Source: the human T2T-CHM13v2.0 reference genome, Homo sapiens. Taken from it: a stretch of 64,000 nt of DNA. The translations under genes and the position numbers were made by a program. Where the stretch lies: NCBI RefSeq assembly GCF_009914755.1, contig NC_060947.1; one strand, written 5' to 3'. The notes under the pieces are model-generated. The model was not told the DNA's origin, did not search any database, and saw nothing but the letters and a program-made list of their open reading frames with translations. Positions 46,966 through 60,837 of the stretch are shown piece by piece; the stretch's first letter is position 1; every line of letters begins with the position of its first letter.

Positions 46966-49049
46966 TATTTGCCATTATAATTGCTTCAAAAGGTTAACAC
47001 TTGGAAGGTCTTAATTGAGATGCAAATATTACCTAATGGGTAATTACCCACTCAGCTATTAATGCATTAGTTAGGCCATCCCAGTAACCCCATCACAGAG
47101 CAAGACCCCAAAAGGGTGGATACCAGGGTGTGTAGGTGATGAAAAGTGATCTGGAAAGGTCTGAAGCATTGAAATGATATAAGCTGAAGAAGATCAGCAC
47201 ACAGAGGTTTTACAGAGCCACAGTCTTTCCCAAGGATCGGTGTACATAAAAAAGAAAAAATATAAAAATTATGCATAAAAGTGGCCAAAGGTGAATTCAA
47301 GTCAAATGGTGCTACATTTTCTATCATGCTCAGGATTGGCCTTGAATACAGTTAGGTGCTACTTCACTTTTCCCAAAAAAGGATCTAATTAGTATGTATT
47401 ACTCATCTCCTTTAATGCTAAATGGACCCCACATTCTATATTATTCTATCATGCTAGAATTGGATGAAAGATTTGTCATCATCATTCATTCACTCATTTA
47501 TTCATCCATTTATTATTTCACTTCTAAGGTCATCTATTTCTAGAACAAAAGGCTAAGCAAACCCCCTCTGGACACTCAAGCAAGTAGAAGTAGGCTTGTG
47601 GGATTAGAGGAATTAGACCTTCTGGTTTGCATTATACCTTAAAGCTATCCCCTAACCTGTTCTTAAATTGCTCCAAGCTATGATTTGATAAAACACCAAG
47701 GGCACAATGTTGAATGGTTGGATTTATCCTATGGCATAGAAAATTCATAACAATATGAGGAAAATTAAGTGATAGACAGCTTTCATTTATATATACACAT
47801 ATCATAAACCTTAGTATGGGAGCCACAGATCTATTAGGCATGGCACTCCAATGTGGTAAGACCTAATTACATTTTTCTGATAAATAAGCCTTGGGATTTT
47901 TAACATCTTGAGGATATGTGAATGTGCAGGAAATGATCACTAGGACGGTATCAAATGTTGGTAGTTGGAATCCACTCCAAAAATTAAAAAATGCATCAAT
48001 TAGTTAATGAAGTGACTAACAATTACTGTTGGATCACCTGTTCCTTTTAAACTATGGATGACAAATTTGCTTCTTTGGTGGTGCTGATTCTTTATTGATG
48101 TGCTTTTGACCATGACTCTGGCAAAATGAGTGCATGGACTCATTTCTGATTTCCACGCACAACACCACAAGAGCTGTCCAGAGATGCAGCAACCTCTGTG
48201 ACATAGGAGGGAAGACCTTAGATTCATGGTGAATGATGCTTAAACTTGAACCTCAACTGTATACATAAAGTTATCGTTAAAATGACCATGGCCCATACAG
48301 CTTTTTTACAATTGTCACAACTTTTTGCAATTGTAACAACAAAGCAAATGATGCTATAAGAAGATGAAGAGATAGAGAAGGAAGCAGAGAAGCAGAAGCA
48401 GTGGTGGAACAGGCAAAAAATTCTGCCTGGATGCAATAGTCCCATATTTGCAATACTTACCAACTTTTCAGGTATGTAAACTTTCAGACAGAAATATAAA
48501 CAAGCAAAAATACCCAAGTATTCATTCTTTAAATATCTTGTTTAGGTCTTAGCACAGAAAATCATCCCATTGCATTAGGTTTGTTTCTAGCTCATGATAT
48601 GAATAAACAACACTGTGTTCCCTTGATGTTTCTCAAATATATGCCAAGAAAAACAATGTATTGATACTCTCATGTTAATGTACTATAATTTTTTACATTT
48701 CATATACCTAATTATATTTTCTCTTGATAGTGATGTAAGGCTTCAGTACTAAGGATTGAAAAGGCAGCTCTAGTATTTATATATTTAAATTATTTTAAAA
48801 AATACATTACACAGACAGTTTTCTGTTGTGGGCTTACCTTGTAAATGTGCTTTCCAAACAAATTCATTAATTCAAATTCTGCTTCCTATGCAAGATTTTC
48901 AAAAGTATGACTGATTGACACTTTTAAAATGAACATGAAGGTTATATTAACCAAAATAACATAGCCCAACTAATAAAAAGAGGTCATCTGTATTTATTAA
49001 CTTAAATGTCTGGCCATCACTGTGACCTACAAATTATATTGGACATTGG

Positions 49050-49500
49050 CACATTGAATGCTTATTTACTGAGCCCTACATTCAGGCACTGTGTACAGAA
49101 AGAAGGGAGTGAAAATTAGACAAAGTTCTTTCTTTCAAGAAGTTCACAGTGCAATACAGGAGATACATGCAAATATTTATCATACGGTAATATAATGAAG
49201 CTATGTAAATGATTCAGTGATATCACAAAGCATATAATTAACTCTGTCCAAGTGATCAGGAAGTGTTCAGCTAAAGCCTTCATCATCTTGAAGCACAAAC
49301 ATTTTCTAGGTAGACAAAGGAAAAGAGATCACTACATGGAATAATATGTGCAAAATCTCAGAGGCAATGAGAGCCTGAACTAAAGCAGTGACATTGAGGA
49401 TGGAGTGAAACGGAAGTGAACACAGTAAAAGAACATCAGGAGAAAGAGTGTCTAGCATCTTCCATCCTAGGGAGAATATGAAGAGATGAAATCAGCAGAA
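49050..49500 (-). mobile_element. L2 fragment
   Basis: tatttactgagccctacattcaggcactgtg...ttcaagaagttcacagt. Confidence 0.6.
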
Positions 49501-49526
49501 CTGACTTCACAGTGACTACTTTAGAG

Positions 49527-50050
49527 CAGGGGTCCTCAATCCCCAGGCCGTGGACCAGTACCAGTCTGTGGTCTGTTAGGAACCGGGCCACACAGCAGGA
49601 GGTGAGCAGTGAGCGAGCGAGTGAAGCTTCATTTGTATTTACAGCCACTCCCCATCATTTGCATTACCACCTGAGCTCTGCCTCTTGTCAGATCAGCAGT
49701 GGCATTAGATTCTTATAGAAGCCTAAACCCTATTGTGAACTGAGCATGCAAGGGATCCAGGTTATGCACTTCTTATGAGAATCTAATGCCTGAAGATCTG
49801 TCACTGTCTCCCATCAATCCTAGATGGGACTGTCTACTTGCAGGAAAACAAGCTCAGGGCTCCCACTGATTCTACACTATGATGAGTTGTATAATTATTT
49901 CATTATATATTGCAATGTAATAATAGAAATAAGGTGCACAATAAATGTAATGCACTTGAATCATCTTGAAACCATCCCCCACCTCTGGTCCGTGGAAAAA
50001 TGGTCTTCCACAAAACCAGTCCTTGATGCCAAAAAGGTTGGGGACCTCTG
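49527..50050 (+). mobile_element. MER1A hAT-Charlie MITE, complete
   Basis: Termini caggggtcctcaa / ttggggacctctg; perfect 8-bp TSD ctttagag at 49519-49526 and 50051-50058. Confidence 0.95.
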
Positions 50051-50084
50051 CTTTAGAGTAATAAAGTTTAAGATTGAAAGGTGA

Positions 50085-50270
50085 GATGTGACAGAATAAA
50101 CTTAGACTAGGAGTCCAAAAACCTGGCTTTCAGTCCCGTTTCTGCTGCTAACAAGCTCCATGACTTTGAAGGAGTCATTTCTCCCTCTGGATCCTAATTG
50201 CTCATCTGCAAAATATAATGAGTTGCTCTATGACCTGTGACATCCCTTCTATCTCTGTCATTCTATGGCT
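50085..50270 (+). mobile_element. MIR3-like SINE
   Basis: gactaggagtccaaaaacctggct...ctcatctgcaaaat...tcccttctatctctgtcattctatg. Confidence 0.65.
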
Positions 50271-50968
50271 ATAAATAATGGTTTTGAGACAAGAAGGCAG
50301 GCAGTTCTTAACTTATGTGACTCTGTAGTTCCCAAGGACAGAAAACCAAATTCCTGGAGTAGCAGGTGGGATGGAAGACACAAATGTCACTTGAGAAGAA
50401 TCGTACATAAACATGAGTGTAGTCACCTCTCATTTTCAAGGCACTGATTATTCATTTTCCAGATTATCCGTGACCTCCGCTTCTCCTCCTCCTGACTGCC
50501 TGGCTTTTAGGCATGTCTTTGTTCATTAAGATCTCCAATGTAGGATGAGAAGGGAAGGAGGAAAGCACAAGCACCACAGTGGGCTGCTTATTAGCAGATC
50601 TGTCTTTATTTAAAGTGGATTTAGGAGGAAGAAGATTGAAGACAGAAGCTGAAAACGAGTCTTTATGATTATCAATGGATTTCAATTATACAGGTTGGCC
50701 TTATTTCCACAGATAACTGACAGTTTAATATCATAAGTTACTTGCGAAGAATAAAAACAAATTGTAGAAAAGTGAACTTTAAAATTGTAGGAGACGGGAA
50801 GCAAAATAAGAGCTCATTTAAAGATCAATTTTACTTCTTGGTGTGAAAACAATGTTGCACCACTGTTCTCCCCAGGACCTTCTCCAGAGACTGGATTTGC
50901 TTAGCCTAAAATTATTTGGACAATAAAAGCCTTCATGACTTCTTTTGGAAAACTGTCCGGGCTCAAGC

Positions 50969-51099
50969 TGAGTCCTCTATCAGGATCCTGGAATAAGCAG
51001 ATGAAGTTTTTTATTTATTCTAGAGAAGAAAATCACAGGGTCTTGTAATTTATTGAAACACCGACATGGGCATCAAATCTACATTATGGAGATGAAAGG
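50969..51099 (+). repeat. 131-bp dispersed direct repeat, copy A
   Basis: Aligns ungapped to 53141-53271 with 10 mismatches by hand count. Confidence 0.92.
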
Positions 51100-51709
51100 G
51101 GTACATTGGAGCTATAATGCTCCAGTGGAAATGTTTAGCTCTCCGGGAGAGGAGCGGGTAGGTAGATGCAGTGAGAGGTTCTGTGCTCCTCAGGAAACTG
51201 AACACTTTCCCTGTGGAAAGCCCAAATGAAGATACTAAGACAAATAAACAAAAAAACAGAATGCCTATTTACCATTCACCCATACAATATATTCAATAAA
51301 TATAAATCAGAATCAGGCAGACTGGCCTGGCACTACAGGGAAAGCAAACAAAAGAAACTATGTAGTGAATCTGGACTTTGGAGGACTAAACTACCACGTA
51401 AGTATCTAAACATCTAGTTAAGAAAGCAGTTTTGTGACATGTGAGGCTTTAACATATACAAATACATTATATATTGCACTTTTGTTCATCAATATCATAT
51501 AGCAAAGTATTCTTATATCTTTCTTGATCTCTTACCTTTACCAATCATATGGAAATTGTTACCACCACTCAAGGGCAGATTGAGTAGTAGAGGAACACTC
51601 AAGTGTTTTAATAAACAAGAATTAAGCACCAAGGTGATTTAGATACTCCAGAGAGCATAAGATCAATGCAACAATTCTCCAGACTATAAAACATCAACTG
51701 TTTGAATAA

Positions 51710-52235
51710 TAAAAATTATATGTCACGTTTTACAGTTTGCAAGCATTTTCTTACACATTATCTCATTTAAACTTTATTATTATTATTATTATTGAGACAG
51801 TCTCACTCCATCACCCAGGCTGAAGTGCAGTGGCACAATCTTGGTTCACTGCAACTTTGGCCTCCCATGCCCAAGTGATTCTCATGTATCAGCCCCCCGA
51901 GTAGCTGGGATTACAGGCGCGTGCCACCACGTCCAGCTAATTTTTGTATTTTTAGTAGAGAGAGGGTTTCGCCATGTTGGCCAGGGTAGTCTCAAACTCC
52001 TGACTTCAAGTGATCCTCCTGCCTCAGCCTCCCAAAGTGCTGGGATTACAGGTGTGAGCCACCGCACCCAGCTTTATTTAACCATTATAGCAGCCTTGTA
52101 CCTTAAGTACTGTCATCCCTATTTTACAGATGAGAAAACTGAAACATTGAGAAATTGATTAACTAGGTCACATAGCTGATTAATATCAAAATTTGAATTT
52201 GAACTTCAGTCTTCAGATGCCAGGTCCAGTTTCTA
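51710..52235 (-). mobile_element. MIR interrupted by an AluS
   Basis: acattatctcatttaa...ccctattttacagatgagaaaactga...ggtcacatagct. Confidence 0.7.
51775..52073 (-). mobile_element. AluS (Sx/Sz-like) with (TAT)n tail
   Basis: Antisense Alu gagacagtctcactcc...ctcctgacttcaagtgatcc...gagccaccgcaccca. Confidence 0.92.
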
Positions 52236-52271
52236 TATTTCAGTTATTATGTTGATTTTAAGATTTTATTC

Positions 52272-52478
52272 AGAAGAAGGGAACAACAGACACCAGCACG
52301 TACTTGAGGCTGGAAGGTGGGAGGAGGATGAGTATCAAAAAACTGTTATGCTTATTACCTGGTACTATGCTTATTACCTGGGTGACGAAATCTGTACACC
52401 AAACCCCCATGACACACAATTCACCTATATAACAAACCTGAACATGTACTGGTGAACCTAAAATAAACATTAAAAATA
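52272..52478 (+). mobile_element. L1PA16-type 3' end fragment
   Basis: gggaacaacagacacc...tatgcttattacctgg (x2)...acaccaaacccccatgacac...aacctaaaataaa. Confidence 0.8.
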
Positions 52479-53140
52479 ACCTATAAAAGCACCAAAAATG
52501 GTAGTCTTGGACAAAAATAAAATTTTTTTCAGGAAGAATAAATATTCATCTAAGCTAACCTGGATTGGACCAGTGAGGCTTGTATTTAAGGAAGCTTGAT
52601 AAGCCAAAATGCTCAGGGAATAGGGCTTCTGGTTATTGAAATCATTTTTTGTTTCAATGTTTTTTTGTTGTCCATTATTATAATGTGCCTTCATTCATTT
52701 TTGTGACATAGGACATAAGGCATATAAAAGAATCCTTAGTGACTGGCGTAGTAAACTAAACAAATATATGTTGATTGATAAACTGCAGGGCCTCTTAAAC
52801 CAGCATTCTGGCCATTCATTATTATTATTTAGGGGTATAAGTAAACGTATAGAATTCCAAACCAAATTTATACTGACTTCAAGACACTCCAAGGAAGTTG
52901 TTAGAATAAATCATTGATGAAAGTTTATTGTCTTGTTTCTTTCTTCCTGCAGTCAAGGTCAAAAAAAAAATCTGTTAGTGATTTTGATGAATTTAATCTT
53001 TACTGCAATATATAAATATATTTCAGTGAAAGTTCATCTCCTTTTCAGCACATGGAGACACAAAGCCAAGAGTCACCATACTAAGCAAAATGTAAATGAA
53101 TTGAGAACCATGGGTCAAGTGAAAATCTCTTCCATTTTTT

Positions 53141-53271
53141 TGAGTCCTCTATCAGGATCCTGGAATAAGCAGGTGAAGCTTTTTATTTATTCTCGAGAAG
53201 AAAATCACAGGGTCTTGTTATTTATTGAAATACTGAAATGGGTATCAAATCTACATTATGGAGGGGAAAGG
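53141..53271 (+). repeat. 131-bp dispersed direct repeat, copy B
   Basis: See copy A at 50969-51099. Confidence 0.92.
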
Positions 53272-54664
53272 TGAACATACTAGAAGACAACACTAGAGCC
53301 ATCCTGGTGTGCTGAGGCATAAATCAAATGGCTGCTCTATGAAGTGGAATCAAGGTGCTTAGGGAACTCAAGATGGACGTACATTAAGTACATTACAATG
53401 CATTCACAATGACAACTTCAACAAACAGTACTGGAATCTGTATGCAGAAGGAAGTTTATTTGAATGTATTTTTTCCTCCAGTGAAGGAGATTTAGAATAC
53501 TGGAACTTTAACAATTTTGATTAACATCTTTCTAAGGTCTTTTTAGCACTCTCTTCATCAAAGGGTATGAAGAACAAATCTTCAAAGCCCTCCCTGCTGG
53601 GATTTTGCTTGAAACCAAAGATATTCTCAAACAATTATTTTCTCATTAACACAAGGGAGAAGCAGGACTGCCACCACCTCTTCTTTGCCTGTGGCCCCTA
53701 ATAACCCTAAACAATATTTCAGAAGCTACCTCCCTCATTATTTATTATTTTCCAGTGAAATATTTTATCTTACAAAGATCAAGTATGTCTTGCATTAATT
53801 CATATTATAAGCTAAATTTTGACATGCTCTGATCTATGTGTTTTATATATGATAGAGATCTGAATGCAATATACTAAAGCTTACAATTAATCTATGTGCA
53901 TTGCAATACTCAATAAAAAAGCTAACAAAATTTTTTCAATTAGCATAGGAATTAACCTTCATTTTTATCTAGTATGCTAAATCAACTGAAGAGTAATTAC
54001 TCTGAAGACTAGGCTAAATGATACCTACTTAGTTTCCCAATTTCTTCACGTAATATGAATTGATGAACTTTTGGACAGCCCCATGCTATACCTAAACTCA
54101 GTGATTCATTCTAAATTTCTTTCAATTATCTCCATAAAAACAAACTGTATTTTAGAAGATAGGTTAAACCCAAGTGATCTTCAATGAACAATAGTTATTT
54201 TTAAATATTTACCTCTCACAGAAACTAGAAAACATTTCAAACTGATTTATTTTAATTCTTCAACCAGCAAATTAAATCTGAGCAGTTAAATCTTAGCCCA
54301 TTTGATTTTGTATTTTATTATACACTTATAAAAGGATTTAATTAAGTTGTAATAATAGTCACATCCCAAGGACTACTGTTGTCCACACAGTTTGAAAGTA
54401 AAATTGACATTAATAAAACTTGGGTGGCTGGGAAACAGAAACCATCTATGAACAACCTAATTCTAGCCACAGAAGTAACACTGTAACTGGACATCCAGGG
54501 CCCATAAGAAGTCAGAATAAAAATTCAAGTTGCAAAATGATTAAGCATGTTCCACCTTCTTTCATAGCCCCTTATTAGGTATCTATGGACTTCTGAGCAG
54601 AGCTAGCATTTCTGTTGAGCAAAGGCAAAGGGATTAGGACTTTTGACCAAGTCTCCAGTACTAA

Positions 54665-55010
<346 letters not shown>

Positions 55011-55039
55011 TTTATATGATCTTAAAACTGGCAGTGTTA

Positions 55040-55290
55040 TAGATACAGAAATAACATACAAATTGGCACTGATAAACTGGTAAAATGGTCCTACAAAGGG
55101 GAATAATGCCAACAGGAGAAAACATAAAGCATTAGGAACAAGCTTGGACTTAAAGATCAAAAAAAGATAACCACAGATACAGGATGGAAGAGCCCCCATT
55201 AAAAATTAGTATAGCTTGAGAGACCTGGAATTTATAACTGACTATAAGCTAAGTATGAATCAGCATTGCAATACTATTGCAAAGATGCCC
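55040..55290 (+). mobile_element. CR1/L3 ORF2 fragment
   Basis: gataaactggtaaaatgg (DKL.KW), tacaggatg (YRM), gagagacctgg...gactataagctaagtatgaatcagcattgc (ERDL..D.KL.M.Q.C). Confidence 0.6.
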
Positions 55291-55319
55291 CAGGAATGTA
55301 CTGAAAAATAATACACTGA

Positions 55320-55535
55320 GCAAGTAGCTAACATTTATTGGGCTTTTTCTGAGTGCCATGCAGTTTATTAGATGTTTTGTACATACATCTCATTCAATCC
55401 TTCCAATATCTTATCACATAAAGTAATATATTTAGCATATATATAGCACCTATATAGGTTTTATATATTTATTTATGTACACAAATGTATTTATATATGT
55501 TTAGCAACATCTCACATGTGAGAAAACTGAAGTCC
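55320..55535 (-). mobile_element. MIR with AT-rich insert
   Basis: tagctaacatttattgggct...ctcattcaatcct...gagaaaactgaag. Confidence 0.6.
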
Positions 55536-57292
55536 CAGTCTTAACTCTTTCTTAGAATTCCTGTGGATATTGAGAAAATGTCTACTATAGTCTTGCAGAG
55601 TAAGGTGTTGTTAACACTGGAATCTAAATTAAGTCTTTTTCTTCTCCCTTGTATAATCTTTTCTTTCCGAATAAAAGTGCACAAATGGCTATATAGGACA
55701 AATGATTTTGCCTTGTGATCTACTTTGATTTATTAGTAAAACTACAATGATGAATCATATTTAATTATGATCATTAAGAGTGATAAATCAAAACATGCAA
55801 ATTGCCTGTTCATCACAGAGATCATGAAAAATGTGCATTTTTGAATTCTGATGCTGAGAGAAGTAACCAAGTTTTCTGTCTGATCCAAAACAGCTTGCAT
55901 TCCCTATTGAAACGTCAGAGAATGTCGAGAATCTGAGTGTTAGATGAACTTTAGAGGGTCCATCTTCCAGCCTTCAGGCAGCTGGATAGGAAACATTCCA
56001 GGACCAGTTATCAAGTCTCTTGAAGTCAATCAGCAAAATATTTTAGCTCTAATAATATCAATCTTTCACATGTTTTTCATTCTCTCCATGTTTACACAGT
56101 ACCTAAAACAGCTCTTAGATTATTTTGTGAATTGTACAGCCTTCTGTAGCCAGCTTTGAAGCAATTTTTTAAACCAGGAACAGGCTAATCAACAGTCTTT
56201 GGTTGCCCATAGTGAGTTTTCTACACCTTGATAACCATAAAGGTTTTCATTATTTTCAATAGAAATTTCTACTGCTTCTGTTTTAAGCACTTTTCCATTT
56301 TTAAATCTCTGAATAAAAAAGCTATTAAATATCTCTCCCCATAACAACCATTGAAGATGAGATTCCAATTACCTCTTGCCTTTAAAGTAAAATCCCTATC
56401 CCAGTAGCATGTTCTCATATGAAAAGAAAAACCCATTCTAATCTTGTTTACTACTCTTCTCTGAATTTTTCAGTTTTGCATCTCTATTTTAAAAGTATGG
56501 TGAAGTTGCCACATAGTAAGCACCAATATATGATAGCTATTATTACTATTATTATACCAGATGAAAAAGGAAGATACACTAGACCAATTATCAGAACATG
56601 ACTGTTGAGCATAGTTCAAACCAACAGTTTAAATCTGCGAACTGGGGTACTCAGGAAGAAAAAGCTGGAACTCAAGAGTCAATACAGAAGAACAGTTGTC
56701 AGCATTAGAATACTGTGTCACAGGTCCTGTAGGCCACTAGTCTGTATAGTACAGACAAATACAAAGTGACTTAAGAACACTATAGGAGCCCAGAGATCAG
56801 TGCTAGGCAATCGTGCCCTGAGTAGACCAGCAGGGAGAATAACAATCAAAAGCTTTAAAGGGGGATTGGTTTGGGAACTGAAACAAAGCTGAAACTACAG
56901 GGGGGTAATTCACTAGGCCACACTGGGGGAATCCCAGAAGGTAGAAGCAGAAAAAAATTGAGGTTTCTTTGGTAAGAACTAAGATAAAGGTGTGCTCTTT
57001 GATAAGAGAAAGTACTTTGCACATAGCAATAGACACGTACTATTCTGCTGTTTACTGTGAGTCAAGTACCATTATAGATACTTTATTTTGACAATAAGAA
57101 AACATTAGAATCCCAAGAGTCTTGTGTACCTTTATATAAGAAATTATCCAAGTTATACTCTCCAAGGGTGAAATTAAGGAATTAAACTGCCCAACAAACT
57201 ACATGTTTTTTATTATGCCAACAGAGAAATGCTGAAAAAACAATTATTGCTAACAACATGGAAATCTAATCCACTAGAGAGTTCTCCATGTT

Positions 57293-57570
57293 TTATAGAA
57301 CCTCAGAGCTAAAAGGAACCTGAAAGACCATCGAGGTCAATCTCCTATTAAATTCATGAAAGAACTCTACCACCACCCAGACCTCTGGTCATTTAGCATT
57401 TATTTAAACACTTCTATAGAACTGAGGCGCACATTAAATTTTCAAATTGTTTCAAGTTTTATATTTGAACCAAACTCTGCCCTCTGATACTTATTCATCT
57501 TTACGAGTTTGCATAGATGTGGATCCAAACAGCCACTAAAGAGAAATCTAAATCTAATCCTTCCCCCGTC
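57293..57570 (-). mobile_element. L3/CR1 3' end fragment
   Basis: atagaacctcagagctaaaaggaacctgaaagaccatcgaggtcaa...tggtcatttagcatt...ttgaaccaaactctgcc. Confidence 0.55.
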
Positions 57571-58205
57571 TGAAAATCCTTGTCAGTAAAGGGCACTGAC
57601 ATTGCCTTGCCAACTGGTAAAGACTTTAACCTCCTACATCAAAGCTTTTCTTGATCATTCATATATTGTATAAGTGGTAAATATGGTCAAGTCCACATGA
57701 AAACCAACTTCTGCTACTGAAGTGGCACAGTTATTAGATTTAGAACTCTCTTCAGTGAAATATTATGTCTAATTCATTACCGTGTCCTGAATATCACCAG
57801 ACCCTGGAACATATTAGATGATGAACACCTATTTTTGATTGAGGCAATGCAGTTTCAACAGAAGCAAAAATACATATATAATCAAAGGTCAAAACATGTT
57901 TTGACTACAGTACAAGGTAAACTAAGCTAAGATCCTAGAAGACAGGTTGTCCTATTATTTCCAAACTATTCCTGACTCATTAAGGGCAATATTTTAATTT
58001 ATAATATCAGGCTTATACATGCTTTTTACTTTCTGTGTATATTTACACATTGCCTAAAAATCATTACACTAAATTGTTTTACAGAATTGTACAAATGTGT
58101 AGACAAACAAAATAAGAAAAATAAACTTTTAAGCATTTTTTAAATCTAAAGGGAAATAATATGATTCTTTTACAAATCAAATGTGATGTTTACTACAAAA
58201 GAAAA

Positions 58206-58258
58206 ATGATGATGGTGGTGATGATGATGGTGATGATGATGATGATGATGATGATGAT
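58206..58258. repeat. (GAT)n/(GGT) trinucleotide repeat at a MIR end
   Basis: Directly visible. Confidence 0.9.
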
Positions 58259-58460
58259 AGCAGCTAACATTTATTGAGCATTTGCTACATGCCAGATACT
58301 GCACTCTTACATACATTATTTCATTTAAGCCTCATGAGTCATATAGTATCATCTCTGTTTTAAAGACAGAAGATAATACAGTGTAGAGTTTATGTGACTT
58401 ACCTAAAGTCACACAGCAAGTTTGGAGCTGGAATCAAACTCAGGTCTATCTACTCTTAAC
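58258..58460 (-). mobile_element. MIR
   Basis: gcagctaacatttattgagca...gtgacttacctaaagtcacacagc...gagctggaatcaaactcaggtc. Confidence 0.75.
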
Positions 58461-59147
58461 ATGTGTTAATTATATCTTTGAAAACAAACCATAGCAAGAA
58501 TCCTTAAGAACATGACTAGTGACTAGATCCACTTCCATCCTTGTTCTTATGTTCAATCCTTTAATGATTTCACCTTGTTTAAAGCTAGATTGTCTCCATG
58601 AATTTTTGTCTACTTAGGCCCTGTCAAAATTATATGCAGTAACCTTAGGAAGCCAAAAGAGGCACCACTTACCTAAAAATTGCTCCATTTAGGATAGGAA
58701 AGCAAATTACCTAATTACCAGGCTATATGCCACTTTCTAGAGTTGCTCTCCTTTCTCTTGCTGCAATAGAATGATAGATGGAAACTGGCCAAGAGAAAAA
58801 TCACTGGTGATGAATTGTGGTCACAAGCCACATGAAACACATTTAAAAGTGTCTAGAAATAAAGTTGAGTTTGTTCCAGGTAGAAACACAGACACACCCC
58901 AAAACATCTGCACCAAACAATTCTATCACAGAACTGCCTATCCCAGAGACTAAGTTCAGTCCAGAGGTTTTGAAAGCAGTGAAAATGTGATCCAAGGAAG
59001 CAAGGTCAACCCCACAAAACATGTCATCACATTTGCTCCTTCAATATGTACCTATGCTTTTTCCTTTGGAGAAAGGAAACAAATAGCCAGAGAAGTATTG
59101 CAGTATTATATTTTCCTGTTAATGTATCTAACCAATACAGAAGTAAC

Positions 59148-59323
59148 ATGATGAGTGGTGTCAGCACAGGATTTGGAATTGGACAGGCATGGATTAAACT
59201 TTCCAGTTCTGCAATGGCCACTTATTATAACTTATATGATGAGTGGTGTCAGCACACAATTTGGAATTGGACAGGCATGGATTAAACTTTCCAGTTCTGC
59301 AATGGCCACTTATTATAACTTAT
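59148..59323 (+). repeat. 88-bp tandem duplication (2 copies) within a MIR
   Basis: 59148-59235 vs 59236-59323, 2 mismatches; followed by MIR core cctcatctgtaaaatg. Confidence 0.93.
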
Positions 59324-59857
59324 ATGGTGAGTCAGCATTAGCTCTCTGATCCTCATCTGTAAAATGTATGTATTACATATAAATATTATATAATTATATG
59401 TGTATGTATATATACTTGTTATATTTATATACACACATACATGTATACACATCTTCATAGGTTATAAACATTAATAATATATAATAATAAAGTGCCTGCC
59501 ATATAGTAGGTTCTTGATAGCAAATTTAGTGGGTATAAATTTTTCTCCACACACTTGTGCATATTAGAAACATCAATTTTTGTTTAACCTTAACCAAATT
59601 TTACTCTGAGCCCTCATTCTACTGGACCTGCAGTAAATTAAATGGCCTTCATTACTGTACATCCCAACAGTCTCCCATAGAGCAGAACATTGGGGAAGGT
59701 TGCTGATTATAGGTTTACACCAGGCACCACTTATAAATTCTCATTGGACTTTTAAAATTGGACCACTCAATAGCTTCTGTACAATCCTGGACATAGGAAT
59801 TTTTGTGAAGAATAGGCCTCAGATTTAGCATCCTTAGGTATACCACACAGCCTTCTA

Positions 59858-59907
<50 letters not shown>
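59858..59907. repeat. (CA)n microsatellite
   Basis: Directly visible. Confidence 0.95.
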
Positions 59908-59908
<1 letters not shown>

Positions 59909-60415
59909 CTCAAGCACTTCAGTTTTCTTGATAACCCAATCCACAATCCCCTAACTAGTTTCAAAGTCTGTTCCTTCACTATCCTGCTGCTTCTTCCAAC
60001 CCACTTTCAAAGGCCTCGCTTCTGGACTTCTCCTTCCAGTTAAGCTCTCTGGAAAGTCTCTTGAGTTGAGGCTTTCCGAAAGCCAATCATCGTATTCATA
60101 AACTTGACAAGATAAACTACACGCCACCCCTAGGCAAAGCCACAGAATGTTCTATCTCCTAGAAATAAAAAAGAAAATACAACAAAAAATATATAACTAT
60201 TTTTTGTTTCTTCTAGAAAATAAGAAAAATAAATAACCCACACTATTTTCAATGATCCTGCCCCACTGTTGTCATAGTATATCATCACCAGACCAAATGG
60301 CAAAGTAGGAGAAACGGGTCCTTCATTCTGATGTCTTCTCTTCTTCTCCTTTAGAGTCCTTCACTCCTAGGCAGGCACCCAAAGCCCTTATAGGTCTTGG
60401 TGCCACATCCATGCC

Positions 60416-60521
60416 TATGGATACCAACTCATCTTGGTTTGCCCAGGACTGATAAAACTGAAAGTCCTGCATCCCAGGAAACCCCCCAGTCTTAGGCAAA
60501 ATGGGAAGATTAGTCACCCTA
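60416..60521 (+). mobile_element. MER81-like hAT-Blackjack MITE
   Basis: accaactcatcttggtttgcccaggactg...actgaaagtcc...cagtcttaggcaaaatgggaagattagtcacccta; degenerate long inverted repeats. Confidence 0.75.
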
Positions 60522-60837
60522 GGCATAACTTCCCTCCAGAGGTATCACTCCATCTAATGATCTTTGGTTCCACTGTTAAAATCCATGCTCTCTTTGCTAG
60601 CTAATCTGATAAATAAATTCAAAGTAAGGTATTAATGTATCACTTCTCCCAAAAAAATCAGCAATTTAGCTAGGATATACAAATCATAACATAGCTATAT
60701 TAGGTGGTATGGCAGGGCTGATGCCAGAAAAATACCAAGGGGCCAAACATATTTTCAGAACACTTGAAATCTCACCACTTGGGTGCCACCTATTTGACCT
60801 ATGGGTGGAGCTAACACATGAATCTAATTGAATTATT

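Noticed and set aside
48300-48346. Small hairpin ttacaattg...caattgtaa as a pre-miRNA
   Set aside because: Stem is too short and AT-rich; expected by chance.
59148-59323. Direct repeats as a CRISPR-like array
   Set aside because: Two abutting 88-bp copies with no spacers; an ordinary tandem duplication.
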